Position numbers and translations under genes: made by a program. Below are positions 11,456-20,321 of a stretch of DNA of 64,000 nt, one piece after another. Numbering within the stretch: the stretch's first letter is position 1; every line of letters starts with the position of its first letter. The DNA is from a virus (Duplodnaviria; Heunggongvirae; Uroviricota; Caudoviricetes): the IMG/VR virus record IMGVR_UViG_3300032294_002926, one strand, 5' to 3'. The notes under the pieces were generated by a model. That model was given only the letters and a program-made list of their open reading frames with translations, did no database searches and had not been told where the DNA came from.

Positions 11456-11913
11456 TGGATAATATTAAAATTAAAGTAGATTCACAAACAACAAAAGTTA
11501 GAATCGGTCAGCAAAATGCACTTAAAGTTATATCATCTTCTTCAGGAGGAGGTAAAGCATCGTTTGCAAACGTTGCAGATAGTGTAATAGGTGGAATTGC
11601 ATCTGTAACTAAACTAACAGTAACTGGCAATGCAGAAATTACTGGAATTAGTACATTCGGCGATAATGTCTATATAAGTGATAATAGTTTATTTGTTAAA
11701 AATGTAATTATTGATGGAAATGTTTCTGTATCTGGCACATTTTTCTATGCCAATTATGAAGAAAATGGCATAGCATATTTCAATAGTGCCGGAATTTTAT
11801 CATCTACGAATAGTCCAAATTATTTACAACTAGATTATAGCAATAACATTTTAACTGTAAACAATAGTGGTGTTCCATCCTGGACGGATACAATAGACGG
11901 AGGAGATTATTAA
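11455..11913 (+). CDS. hypothetical structural/fibre-like protein
   Basis: Start/stop overlaps with both neighbours; C-terminal IDGGDY motif. Confidence 0.6.
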   Translation: MDNIKIKVDSQTTKVRIGQQNALKVISSSSGGGKASFANVADSVIGGIASVTKLTVTGNAEITGISTFGDNVYISDNSLFVKNVIIDGNVSVSGTFFYANYEENGIAYFNSAGILSSTNSPNYLQLDYSNNILTVNNSGVPSWTDTIDGGDY

Positions 11914-12755
11914 TGTCAAAACCATCAAGTAGACAAGAACTAGTAGATTATTGTTTAAGACAATTGGGTGCGCCAGTGTTGGAAATTAACTTGGCAGATG
12001 AACAAATCGATGATTTGGTAGATGATGCATTACAATATTTTTATGAAAGACACTTTGATGGAGTTGAACGAATGTATCTTAAATATAAAATTACAGAAAA
12101 TGATTTAAAAAGAGGTTCTGCGCAATATACGAGTGGAGTTGGAATTGTAACAACCACAGGAAATTCAAATATTTCAGGAATTGGCACAGTTTCATTTAAT
12201 TTTTATGAAAATTCCAATTTCATTCAAGTTCCAGATACAGTAATAGGTATCGAAAAAGTATTTAAATTTGATACAAGTTCTATTTCTGCTGGTATGTGGA
12301 GTATTAAATATCAATTATTTTTAAATGATTTATATTATTTTAACTCTGTAGAGTTATTACAATATTCAATGGTAAAAACTTACCTTGAAGACATTGATTT
12401 TCTATTATCGACAGACAAGCAAATTAGATTTAATAAAAGACAAAATAGACTTTATCTAGATATTGATTGGACTGCAAAATCAAAAGACACTTTTATTGTA
12501 ATTGATTGCTATCGTATTTTAGATCCAAATACTTTCACAAAAGTTTATAACGATAGTTTCTTAAAAAGATATTTAACAGCATTAATGAAGCGTCAATGGG
12601 GTGCAAATTTAATTAAATTTAGAGGTGTTAAATTAGCAGGAGGAATTGAATTAAATGGAAGAGAATTATATGATGATGGCGAAAGAGAACTAGAGAGTAT
12701 TAGACAAAGAATGTCTATGGATTATGAATTACCCCCATATGATTTTATTGGATAA
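11913..12755 (+). CDS. gp13: neck protein
   Basis: SSRQELVDYCLRQLGAPVLEINLADEQIDDLVDDALQYF, typical of gp13. Confidence 0.9.
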   Translation: MSKPSSRQELVDYCLRQLGAPVLEINLADEQIDDLVDDALQYFYERHFDGVERMYLKYKITENDLKRGSAQYTSGVGIVTTTGNSNISGIGTVSFNFYENSNFIQVPDTVIGIEKVFKFDTSSISAGMWSIKYQLFLNDLYYFNSVELLQYSMVKTYLEDIDFLLSTDKQIRFNKRQNRLYLDIDWTAKSKDTFIVIDCYRILDPNTFTKVYNDSFLKRYLTALMKRQWGANLIKFRGVKLAGGIELNGRELYDDGERELESIRQRMSMDYELPPYDFIG

Positions 12756-14146
12756 TGGCACTTAATCCTTTTTTTCTTCAAGGTTCACCAAATGAGCAAA
12801 AATTAATTCAAGAATTAATTAATGAACAGTTAAAAATATATGGTATAGAGGTTATCTATATACCGAGAAAATTTGTAAGAAAAGAAACCATTTTGAAAGA
12901 GGTTTCTTCATCAAAATTTGATGATAATTTTGCAATCGAAGCATATTTAAATACTTATGATGGATACACTGGACAAGGTGATATTTTATCTAAATTTGGA
13001 GTTAGTTTAAAAGACGAAATAAATTTAGTTATTTCTAGAGAACGATTTGAAGATTTTATTTCTCCATTTCTCAATGATGAGATCTCCGATGTAGAATTAT
13101 CAACAAGACCAAGAGAAGGTGATTTAATCTACTTCCCTTTAGGACAAAGATTATTTGAAGTTAAATTTGTTGAACATGAAAGTCCTTTTTATCAATTAGG
13201 TAAATTATATGTCTATCAACTAAGTTGTGAATTATTTGAATATGAAGATGAAGTGATCGATACTACAGTTAACGAAATTGATGAAACTATAAAAGAGGAA
13301 GGTTATATAACAACTTTAAGTTTAATCGGAACAGGAACTACTGCAACTGCTAGCGTTATTAGAAACACTGGTTATATTAGAAAAATTCTATTAAATAACG
13401 ATGGATACGGATATACAACTACACCAATAGTTTCAATATCATCTGCTCCATCTGGTGGAATTAATGCATCTGCAGTTGCAATCACTTCTACTTCTGGTGG
13501 AATGAAATCTATAAATCAAATTTTACTTATTAATTCAGGTGCAGGTTATACAGTTGCACCAAAAATTCAAATTATTGGTGGAGGTGGATATGATGCATCT
13601 GCTACATGTGTGATAGAAAGAACATATCAAGGAATTACTAGTTTTATAATAACAAATCCCGGAAGTGGATATAAAGAAATACCACAAGTTACAATTACTG
13701 GATCTGTTGGGTCGGGAGAAACTGCTGTTGGAATTGCTTCAATTGGATCAGATGGATTATTAAAGGCAATAAGAATTTCAAATTCTGGTTTCGGATATAC
13801 ATCAAATCCAGTGATAACTATTGAAAGTCCTTCAATTATATCTGGTAGTGGGGATTATATTTTCAATGAATTAGTGACTGGAACAAAATCGAATACAACA
13901 GCAAGAGTTAAATCTTGGGATAAACCTACACATTCATTAAAAGTTTCTATAGTTAGCATAGGGACAACAATAAAAGGTTTTTATCCAGGAGAATTGATTG
14001 TAGGATCTGCTTCATCTGCAGTATACGCTGTATCATCTTTTGAACAATGGGATAATACTGATAAATATGGTGATAATAAGATTATTCAAACAGAATCAGA
14101 TTCATTTTTAGATTTCTCAGAATCAAATCCTTTTGGATATTATTAA
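12755..14146 (+). CDS. gp14: neck protein
   Basis: MALNPFFLQGSPNEQKLIQELINE; FEVKFVEHESPFYQLGK; C-terminal FLDFSESNPFG. Confidence 0.9.
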   Translation: MALNPFFLQGSPNEQKLIQELINEQLKIYGIEVIYIPRKFVRKETILKEVSSSKFDDNFAIEAYLNTYDGYTGQGDILSKFGVSLKDEINLVISRERFEDFISPFLNDEISDVELSTRPREGDLIYFPLGQRLFEVKFVEHESPFYQLGKLYVYQLSCELFEYEDEVIDTTVNEIDETIKEEGYITTLSLIGTGTTATASVIRNTGYIRKILLNNDGYGYTTTPIVSISSAPSGGINASAVAITSTSGGMKSINQILLINSGAGYTVAPKIQIIGGGGYDASATCVIERTYQGITSFIITNPGSGYKEIPQVTITGSVGSGETAVGIASIGSDGLLKAIRISNSGFGYTSNPVITIESPSIISGSGDYIFNELVTGTKSNTTARVKSWDKPTHSLKVSIVSIGTTIKGFYPGELIVGSASSAVYAVSSFEQWDNTDKYGDNKIIQTESDSFLDFSESNPFGYY

Positions 14147-14151
14147 GTAGA

Positions 14152-14159
14152 CATAAATA
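14152..14159 (+). promoter_or_regulatory. late promoter variant CATAAATA
   Basis: In the gp14-gp15 intergenic region. Confidence 0.6.
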
Positions 14160-14198
14160 TCTAAAGAATAAAATTTTTGAATAATTGGGTATAGGACA

Positions 14199-14996
14199 AC
14201 GTTAGGAACTTATTTTTATCACGAAATTATTCGAAAGACTGTAATTTCTTTTGGAACATTGTTTAATGACATAAACATTCGCCATAAAGATTCGTCTAAT
14301 GAAAGTATTAGTCAGATGAAAGTTCCAATAGCTTATGGTCCTACGCAAAAATTTCTTGCGAGAATTGAGCAGCAACCGGAATTAAATAAACCAATTGCAA
14401 TGACTCTACCTAGATTGTCATTTGAAATGACTTCTATTCAATATGATCCATCAAGAAAAGCAAATATAACTCAAAGTTTTAAAGCATCTGATGGTACTAA
14501 CTTAAAGAAAGTTTTTCTACCAGTTCCTTATAACATAGGATTTCAACTAAACTTAATGAGTAAATTGCAAGAAGATGCCCTACAAGTAGTAGAACAAATA
14601 CTACCATATTTTCAACCTTCTTTTAATTTAACTATCGATTTAATCGATTCAATCGGTGAAAAAAGAGATGTTCCTGTTATTTTAGATCGCGTTTCTTTTA
14701 CAGATGACTATGAAGGAGATTATTCAACAAGAAAAATTTTAATCTATACATTTGATTTTACCGTAAAAACATTCCTCTTTGGCCCAATTTCTGATACTAC
14801 AGAAGGACTCATTCGTAAAGTACAAGTCGATTATTATACTGGTACTGATACAAAGACCAATAAACGAGAAATGAGATATACTGTAACTCCAGATCCAATT
14901 GATGCAGATCCAAGAGATGATTTTGGATTTGATGAATCATTAGAAATGTTTTTTGATGGAAGAGAGTACAGTCCCCCTCAACAAAAAGACGTGTAA
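14199..14996 (+). CDS. gp15: tail sheath stabiliser/terminator; probable non-ATG (ACG) start
   Basis: Frame extends 20 codons upstream of the tracked TTG as (ACG)LGTYFYHEIIRKTVISFGTLF, the conserved gp15 N-terminus; LPRLSFEM and PVPYNIGFQL motifs. Confidence 0.85.
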   Translation, partial: TLGTYFYHEIIRKTVISFGTLFNDINIRHKDSSNESISQMKVPIAYGPTQKFLARIEQQPELNKPIAMTLPRLSFEMTSIQYDPSRKANITQSFKASDGTNLKKVFLPVPYNIGFQLNLMSKLQEDALQVVEQILPYFQPSFNLTIDLIDSIGEKRDVPVILDRVSFTDDYEGDYSTRKILIYTFDFTVKTFLFGPISDTTEGLIRKVQVDYYTGTDTKTNKREMRYTVTPDPIDADPRDDFGFDESLEMFFDGREYSPPQQKDV

Positions 14997-15001
14997 GAAA
15001 T

Positions 15002-15439
15002 ATGAAACCAAAGTATAAAAATTTAGATTCTGCTCTTAATATTGAAAGTAACACTGAAAGTGATATTGTTGAAGTTGAAAATTTTAAAAATGAATTAGAA
15101 GTTACTCCTTTAAAACCAGATGATATTAAAAAAGATTATGAATATACAAGGGCAAATTTATATTCATTAATTGAAAAAGGGCAACAAGCAATTAATGGAA
15201 TTATGGAATTTGCAGGTGAAACTGAATCACCTAGAGCATATGAAGTTGCGGGTCAATTAATTAAAAATGTTGGAGACGTAACTGATAAGTTAATAGATTT
15301 ACAAAAGAAACTCCGAGACATTGATGAAGAGAAGGTAAAACCACAAAGTAATAATATCACAAACAACGCTGTTTTTATTGGATCAACTTCAGAACTTTCA
15401 AAAATATTAAAACAAGGATTCATAAATAATAAAGAGTAA
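15002..15439 (+). CDS. gp16: terminase small subunit
   Basis: DYEYTRANLYSLIEKG, ESPRAYEVAGQLIK, NNAVFIGSTSEL. Confidence 0.9.
   Translation: MKPKYKNLDSALNIESNTESDIVEVENFKNELEVTPLKPDDIKKDYEYTRANLYSLIEKGQQAINGIMEFAGETESPRAYEVAGQLIKNVGDVTDKLIDLQKKLRDIDEEKVKPQSNNITNNAVFIGSTSELSKILKQGFINNKE
15421..15428 (+). promoter_or_regulatory. late promoter variant CATAAATA
   Basis: 21 nt upstream of the GTG at 15450. Confidence 0.6.
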
Positions 15440-15449
15440 TTTTTATTCT

Positions 15450-16976
15450 GTGAATAATTTAAAGTCTCATAAAACAGTTGAATCTATAGCAAAAAAGCAT
15501 CGTCTCGAAGTTAAATTCATTCAGAAACAACTTCGAATGGGAATTCCTATTGAACATGAACATACCAAGGACAAAGACCTTGCGACTGATATTGCTCTTC
15601 AACATTTAGAAGAGATTCCAGATTATTATACACGTTTGAAAAAAATGGAGTCTGATGCAAAAAAAGATCATAAAAGATTCAAAGATGTAAATGAGGGAAC
15701 ACTACATCATTGGTTTAAAAGTTCAAAATCTAAGGATGGTAAACCTGGATGGGTTCAAGCAGATGGATCTCCTTGTGCAAATGAACCAGGAGAAACTAAA
15801 ACACCAAAATGTTTTAGTAGTGGGAGATTAAATTCTTTAAAAAGAAAAGGTGATAAAGGTTTATCCTTAATTAATTCTGCGATTCGTAGAAAAAGAGATA
15901 AGGATAAATATCAACAACAAAAGACTAATGCATCTTCACCAACAAATGTTCCTACTTTTGCTAAGGGTAAAAAAGATAAAAATTACGTAAAATCGGAACC
16001 AGGTCTTAAAGAACATATGGACTTATACGAATCCAAAAAGGATAAACCAGGTAAAGGAAGTGGCAAAAAGGATGCCTGTTATCAAAAAGTAAAAAGTAGA
16101 TATGATGTCTGGCCATCAGCTTATGCTTCAGGTGCACTAACACGCTGTAGAAAAGTCGGATCTTCTAATTGGGGAACAAAAACGGAGGAAATTCAAATGA
16201 AAAGATACTGTCCAAAATGTAAAAAAGATGAAACTCGTGAAGAATGTAAGTATGGGGTAAAGTATTGGGATGTTTTTTCTTTGCCAATTCAGTTGAAAGG
16301 ATATACACCAAATACACCACATCCAGGAAATTTTCCAGAATCTTATGATCATGAACATTCCATGGCTAGAATTGAACTCTCTACAATTGTATCTGCTGCA
16401 AAAAGACTTCGAAAAAAACTAAAAGGGGAAGGTGAAATAACGGCGTGGGTCCAATCTAAAATTACAAAAGCGGCGGATTATATCGATACTGCCGCAGATT
16501 ATATGGATAGTGGAGAGGTAAAAGAGAATATAAGTTTTGAAATTGGACATACGAGTGCAGACGCAAGAAAAGCTGTAAAAGACGATAAAATAAGAAAAAG
16601 AGCACAATCTGGGCAACAAGGTGCAGATGTTGCAAAAAAGAAACTTACTGGAATTAAATTACCTCTAGCAGATTCTTATGAATATTCAAACTGGAGAGAA
16701 GATTTTGGATTATCAGAAGATTGGCAAAAAGTTAACCGTAAAGATAGAACTGATGGATTAAGTCAGAAAGCCGTGAATGCTTATCGTCGAGAAAATCCAG
16801 GTTCAAAACTTCAAACAGCGGTAACTGAAAAAAATCCAAAAGGAAAAAGAGCAGAAAGACGTAAAAGATTTTGTAGTCGTATGAACGGTGCAAAGGAAAA
16901 ATTAACTTCCGCAAAAACTGCGAGAGATCCAGATTCAGAAATTAATAAAGCACTACGTCGTTGGAGATGCAATTAA
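15450..16976 (+). CDS. mosaic multi-module basic hypothetical protein
   Basis: 508-aa ORF of short modules (EHEHTKD..IALQHLEE; CYQKVKSRYDVWPSAYASGAL; DWQKVNRKD..) of the kind found between gp16 and gp17 in cyanophages. Confidence 0.75.
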   Translation: MNNLKSHKTVESIAKKHRLEVKFIQKQLRMGIPIEHEHTKDKDLATDIALQHLEEIPDYYTRLKKMESDAKKDHKRFKDVNEGTLHHWFKSSKSKDGKPGWVQADGSPCANEPGETKTPKCFSSGRLNSLKRKGDKGLSLINSAIRRKRDKDKYQQQKTNASSPTNVPTFAKGKKDKNYVKSEPGLKEHMDLYESKKDKPGKGSGKKDACYQKVKSRYDVWPSAYASGALTRCRKVGSSNWGTKTEEIQMKRYCPKCKKDETREECKYGVKYWDVFSLPIQLKGYTPNTPHPGNFPESYDHEHSMARIELSTIVSAAKRLRKKLKGEGEITAWVQSKITKAADYIDTAADYMDSGEVKENISFEIGHTSADARKAVKDDKIRKRAQSGQQGADVAKKKLTGIKLPLADSYEYSNWREDFGLSEDWQKVNRKDRTDGLSQKAVNAYRRENPGSKLQTAVTEKNPKGKRAERRKRFCSRMNGAKEKLTSAKTARDPDSEINKALRRWRCN

Positions 16977-17287
16977 TGAAAAGTTTTCAGGAGTTTATTT
17001 CAGAAAGTATCAATATTGCTGGAGATTTTAATGGAAATCTTTATTTAAATTCTTCAAATCAATCGGAACAAAGACAAGAATCTTTTCTTGCAGATATTGT
17101 ATGGGAAGGAAAAATTTATCGACTAGAAGTTGAAGGCGAAATTCGATCTAAAACTGAACTTGCTGAACAACTTCAAAGTGAGTATCCAGGTGCAATTGTC
17201 CATAACATTTACCCAAATTCAAATAACTCTATAAAAATTAAAAATTCACAAAGATATAGACCAGAAAGTTTATCATGGAGTGATTAA
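16976..17287 (+). CDS. hypothetical protein with T4 capsid-targeting-like N-terminus MKSFQEFISE
   Basis: ATG at 16976 overlaps the upstream TAA (TAATG); N-terminus resembles T4 CTS MKTYQEFIAE. Confidence 0.7.
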   Translation: MKSFQEFISESINIAGDFNGNLYLNSSNQSEQRQESFLADIVWEGKIYRLEVEGEIRSKTELAEQLQSEYPGAIVHNIYPNSNNSIKIKNSQRYRPESLSWSD

Positions 17288-18591
17288 TGGCTCAGTGGAA
17301 TAAGAACAATCAAGATTATTTAAATCAAGAGCGTACACTCTTTGAAGTGTATATGCAAGCAGATAAATATGGAAAAATCTTTGATCCTGTAGGGCAAGGA
17401 TTTAATGGTGATCTTTTCGGAAGAATAAAGGTTTCAAATCCTTTTACTATTTTTGATTCCACTCATAGATATTCTCAAGATGGAGATTTTGATGATGTAA
17501 TTCTTGGTGCTGGTTCTACTGTGGGAATTATAACATCACAAAGCACTGCAACATTGGGCATTGGGACAACTGCAAGATGTTCTATTATCAGAGAAAGTAA
17601 AAGAGTATTTCCATATCAACCTGGTAAAGCATTGCAAATTTTTCAAACATTTGTTTTTAATCCTGCAAAAGAAAATTTAGTTCAAAGAGCTGGATATGCA
17701 TCATCTGAAAATGGTGTAATGATAGAACTTAATGGAACTCAACTTAATATTATTAAAAGAACTGCAATTTCTGGAGTAGGAACAACAATAAGTGTTTCTC
17801 AATCTAATTGGAATACAGATACTTTAGATGGAAGTGGTCCAAACGAATCTAATCCAAGTGGAATTGCTTTAGATATGACTAAAGCACAACTTATGTTCAG
17901 CGAATATGAATGGTTAGGTGTAGGTTGTGTCAGAGTTGGATTTGTAAATTCAAATGGAATTTTTCATATAGCACATATTTTTAATCACACAAACATATTA
18001 GATAGTGTTTACATAACCACCGCATCTTTACCTATTCGTTATGAAATTATGAATACTGGAATTACAACTTCTGTTTCCACAATGAAACAAATTTGTGTAT
18101 CAATTCAGTCTAATGGAGGATATGAGAAAAAACAGGTAGAAAGTATTGTAAGAAGAGAAACACAAATTTCTATTGGAACAACTAATTTCGTTCCTATTGT
18201 CAGTATTCGTCTTAGACCAGGAAGAGAAGACGCCATAATTCTTCCACATCAGATCTCATTTATTCCAGAGTCTGGTGCTTCTGCAACAATGGAAGTTGCT
18301 TTAATTAGAAATGGTTCCATATCAACACCATCATGGATAACATCAAGTTCTCCAAACGTTCAAATGGATATTTCGGCAACATCTATTTCTGGTGGAGAAA
18401 TAGTTCGTAATGATTACGTTTCTTCTGCAAATAAGACAAGCGTTTCTCTTGGAGTAGATCAAGAATATAATCTTGATCTACAAATTGGAAGAACACAAGG
18501 TAAGATAAGTGATATATACACTTTAGCGGCAAGAGCAATATCGGGCAGTGCCTCATGTATAGGTTCTTTAGGTTTTTACGATTTGACATAA
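17287..18591 (+). CDS. probable virion structural protein
   Basis: 434-aa beta-rich ORF coupled to its neighbours in the late cluster. Confidence 0.6.
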   Translation: MAQWNKNNQDYLNQERTLFEVYMQADKYGKIFDPVGQGFNGDLFGRIKVSNPFTIFDSTHRYSQDGDFDDVILGAGSTVGIITSQSTATLGIGTTARCSIIRESKRVFPYQPGKALQIFQTFVFNPAKENLVQRAGYASSENGVMIELNGTQLNIIKRTAISGVGTTISVSQSNWNTDTLDGSGPNESNPSGIALDMTKAQLMFSEYEWLGVGCVRVGFVNSNGIFHIAHIFNHTNILDSVYITTASLPIRYEIMNTGITTSVSTMKQICVSIQSNGGYEKKQVESIVRRETQISIGTTNFVPIVSIRLRPGREDAIILPHQISFIPESGASATMEVALIRNGSISTPSWITSSSPNVQMDISATSISGGEIVRNDYVSSANKTSVSLGVDQEYNLDLQIGRTQGKISDIYTLAARAISGSASCIGSLGFYDLT

Positions 18592-18594
18592 ATT

Positions 18595-18984
18595 ATGGGA
18601 ATTCAAGACATTCAACTTAGTCAGAAAGATGCGTATCTTTCTAATCCAAATTTAAAAAGAGCAAATACTCAGATCGAATGGTCTGAGGATAAGATCATCG
18701 AATTTTTAAAATGTAAAGATGATCCTGTTTATTTTGCAAAAAATCACCTCAAAATTGTGTCTTTGGATCATGGTTTAGTTCCTTTTAACTTATATCCTTT
18801 TCAGGAAAAGTTGATTCAGAACTTTCATAGGCATAGATTTAATATCTGTAAAATGCCCCGTCAGACTGGGAAATGTTTTAATAAAGATACAATAGTGAGA
18901 ATAAAAAATAAAAACACTGGTATAATACTGGAACTTACAATTGAAGAACTTTATGAAAAACTCAAGGAAGAAAACAGTAATTGA
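18595..18984 (+). CDS. gp17: terminase large subunit fragment 1 (to Walker A RQTGK) + IntN
   Basis: YLSNPNLKRAN..KCKDDPVYFA..KMPRQTGK followed by CFNKDTIVRI and a stop. Confidence 0.92.
   Translation: MGIQDIQLSQKDAYLSNPNLKRANTQIEWSEDKIIEFLKCKDDPVYFAKNHLKIVSLDHGLVPFNLYPFQEKLIQNFHRHRFNICKMPRQTGKCFNKDTIVRIKNKNTGIILELTIEELYEKLKEENSN
18874..18981 (+). mobile_element. split intein TerL-1, N-fragment (36 aa, Cys1)
   Basis: Block A C-F-N-K-D-T-I-V directly after the Walker A Lys; ELTIEELYE helix; ends at a stop. Confidence 0.9.
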
Positions 18985-19984
18985 ATGTATTGAATGTGGA
19001 GAAGTAATTCTTGGGGGTTCCCACATGTCAAGGCATGTTCAGAAAAAACATGGTTATAATTCTTATGATGAGTATAAAATAACTCATAAATTAATAAAAA
19101 CAAAAGAAACTCTTATTGATCAAGGTGCAGTATGTTGCAAAATTTGTGAACTAGTTTCACATGATTTGACATCCCATATAATAAGAACTCATAAAATAAG
19201 CGTAAATACTTACAAAAATCTTTATGGTGGTGAAATAAGAAGCACTAAATATCGCTCAGAACAATCTGAAAGAATTAAAGGTAACAAAAATCCTGCATAT
19301 AATCATGAAGGAAAGTACTCGCCATTTTCTGAAAAATTTATCTATGCTGATACTATAGATAAAAAAGAACTTTGTCAAAAAGTAAGTGAATCAAATAAAA
19401 ATAATGGAAATAATTCAACTACAGTAAAATATTGGTTAAAACGTGGTTATAGTTTAGAAGAATCTATTAAACAAATTTCTATAAGACAAACTACATTTAG
19501 TTTAAATCATTGTATTCAAAAATATGGTGAAGAAAATGGGAGAAAAAGGTGGTTAAAACGACAAGAAAAATGGATTGAAAGTCACAAAAAAAGTAGAAAG
19601 AATAAATTTTCAAAAATCTCCCAAGAGATGTTTTGGGAGATATATAATATTATAAAATTAGATAAGAATTTTATATTTTTTGCAGAACTTGATTCCGATA
19701 AAAAAATGGATCTTAGTGGAATAAATCACGAATACAAATTAAATCTTCCAGAAAGAATTCTTTTGCCGGATTTTATTAATATAAAAACTAAAAAAATAAT
19801 AGAATTTGATGGAACCTATTGGCATAATGAATATATTATAAAAAGTACAAATAGATTAAGGGATTTTGAACGAGATCAAATATTGATGTCAAACGGATTT
19901 AAAGTATTACATATAAAAGAAGAGAAATACAGAAAAGATAAAGAAAATATAATAAAAGAATGTTTGGAGTTTTTAAATGGCTAA
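18953..19984 (+). mobile_element. free-standing homing endonuclease (Zn-finger + Vsr/PD-(D/E)XK-like)
   Basis: CxxC..H..H fingers, YWLKRG repeat, LPDF..IIEFDGTYWH..RD nuclease motif; sits between the intein halves and overlaps both. Confidence 0.8.
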
Positions 19985-20321
19985 AATCATTGAAGAATTT
20001 AAAAATAATGAATGGGAAATAGAAACTCCATCTGGTTGGCAGTCATTTTCTGGTGTCGGTAAAACCATAGAATATGATGAATTTGAAATTCTCACAGAGA
20101 ATGGAAAAAAATTATATTGTGCTGATAAACATATTTTAATAGATGAATTTTGGGGTCAAATATTCTGTGATGAATTATTCACAGGAAGCAAAATTCAAAC
20201 AAAAGATGGAATAGAGAAAATAAAAACAATTAAGAAAACATCTAATATTTGCAATATGTATGATATCCTAGATGTTGAAAATGGAAATATTTTTTATAGC
20301 AATGATATTGTATCACATAAT
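19977..20321 (+). mobile_element. split intein TerL-1, C-fragment (115 aa, ends SHN, Ser+1)
   Basis: Block B CADKH, block F MYDI, block G IVSHN/S. Confidence 0.9.

Noticed and set aside
1-14146. Recurrent GIGT / GxGY..P motifs in structural proteins
   Set aside because: Ordinary beta-repeat features of cyanophage baseplate and neck proteins, with no DNA-level repeat.
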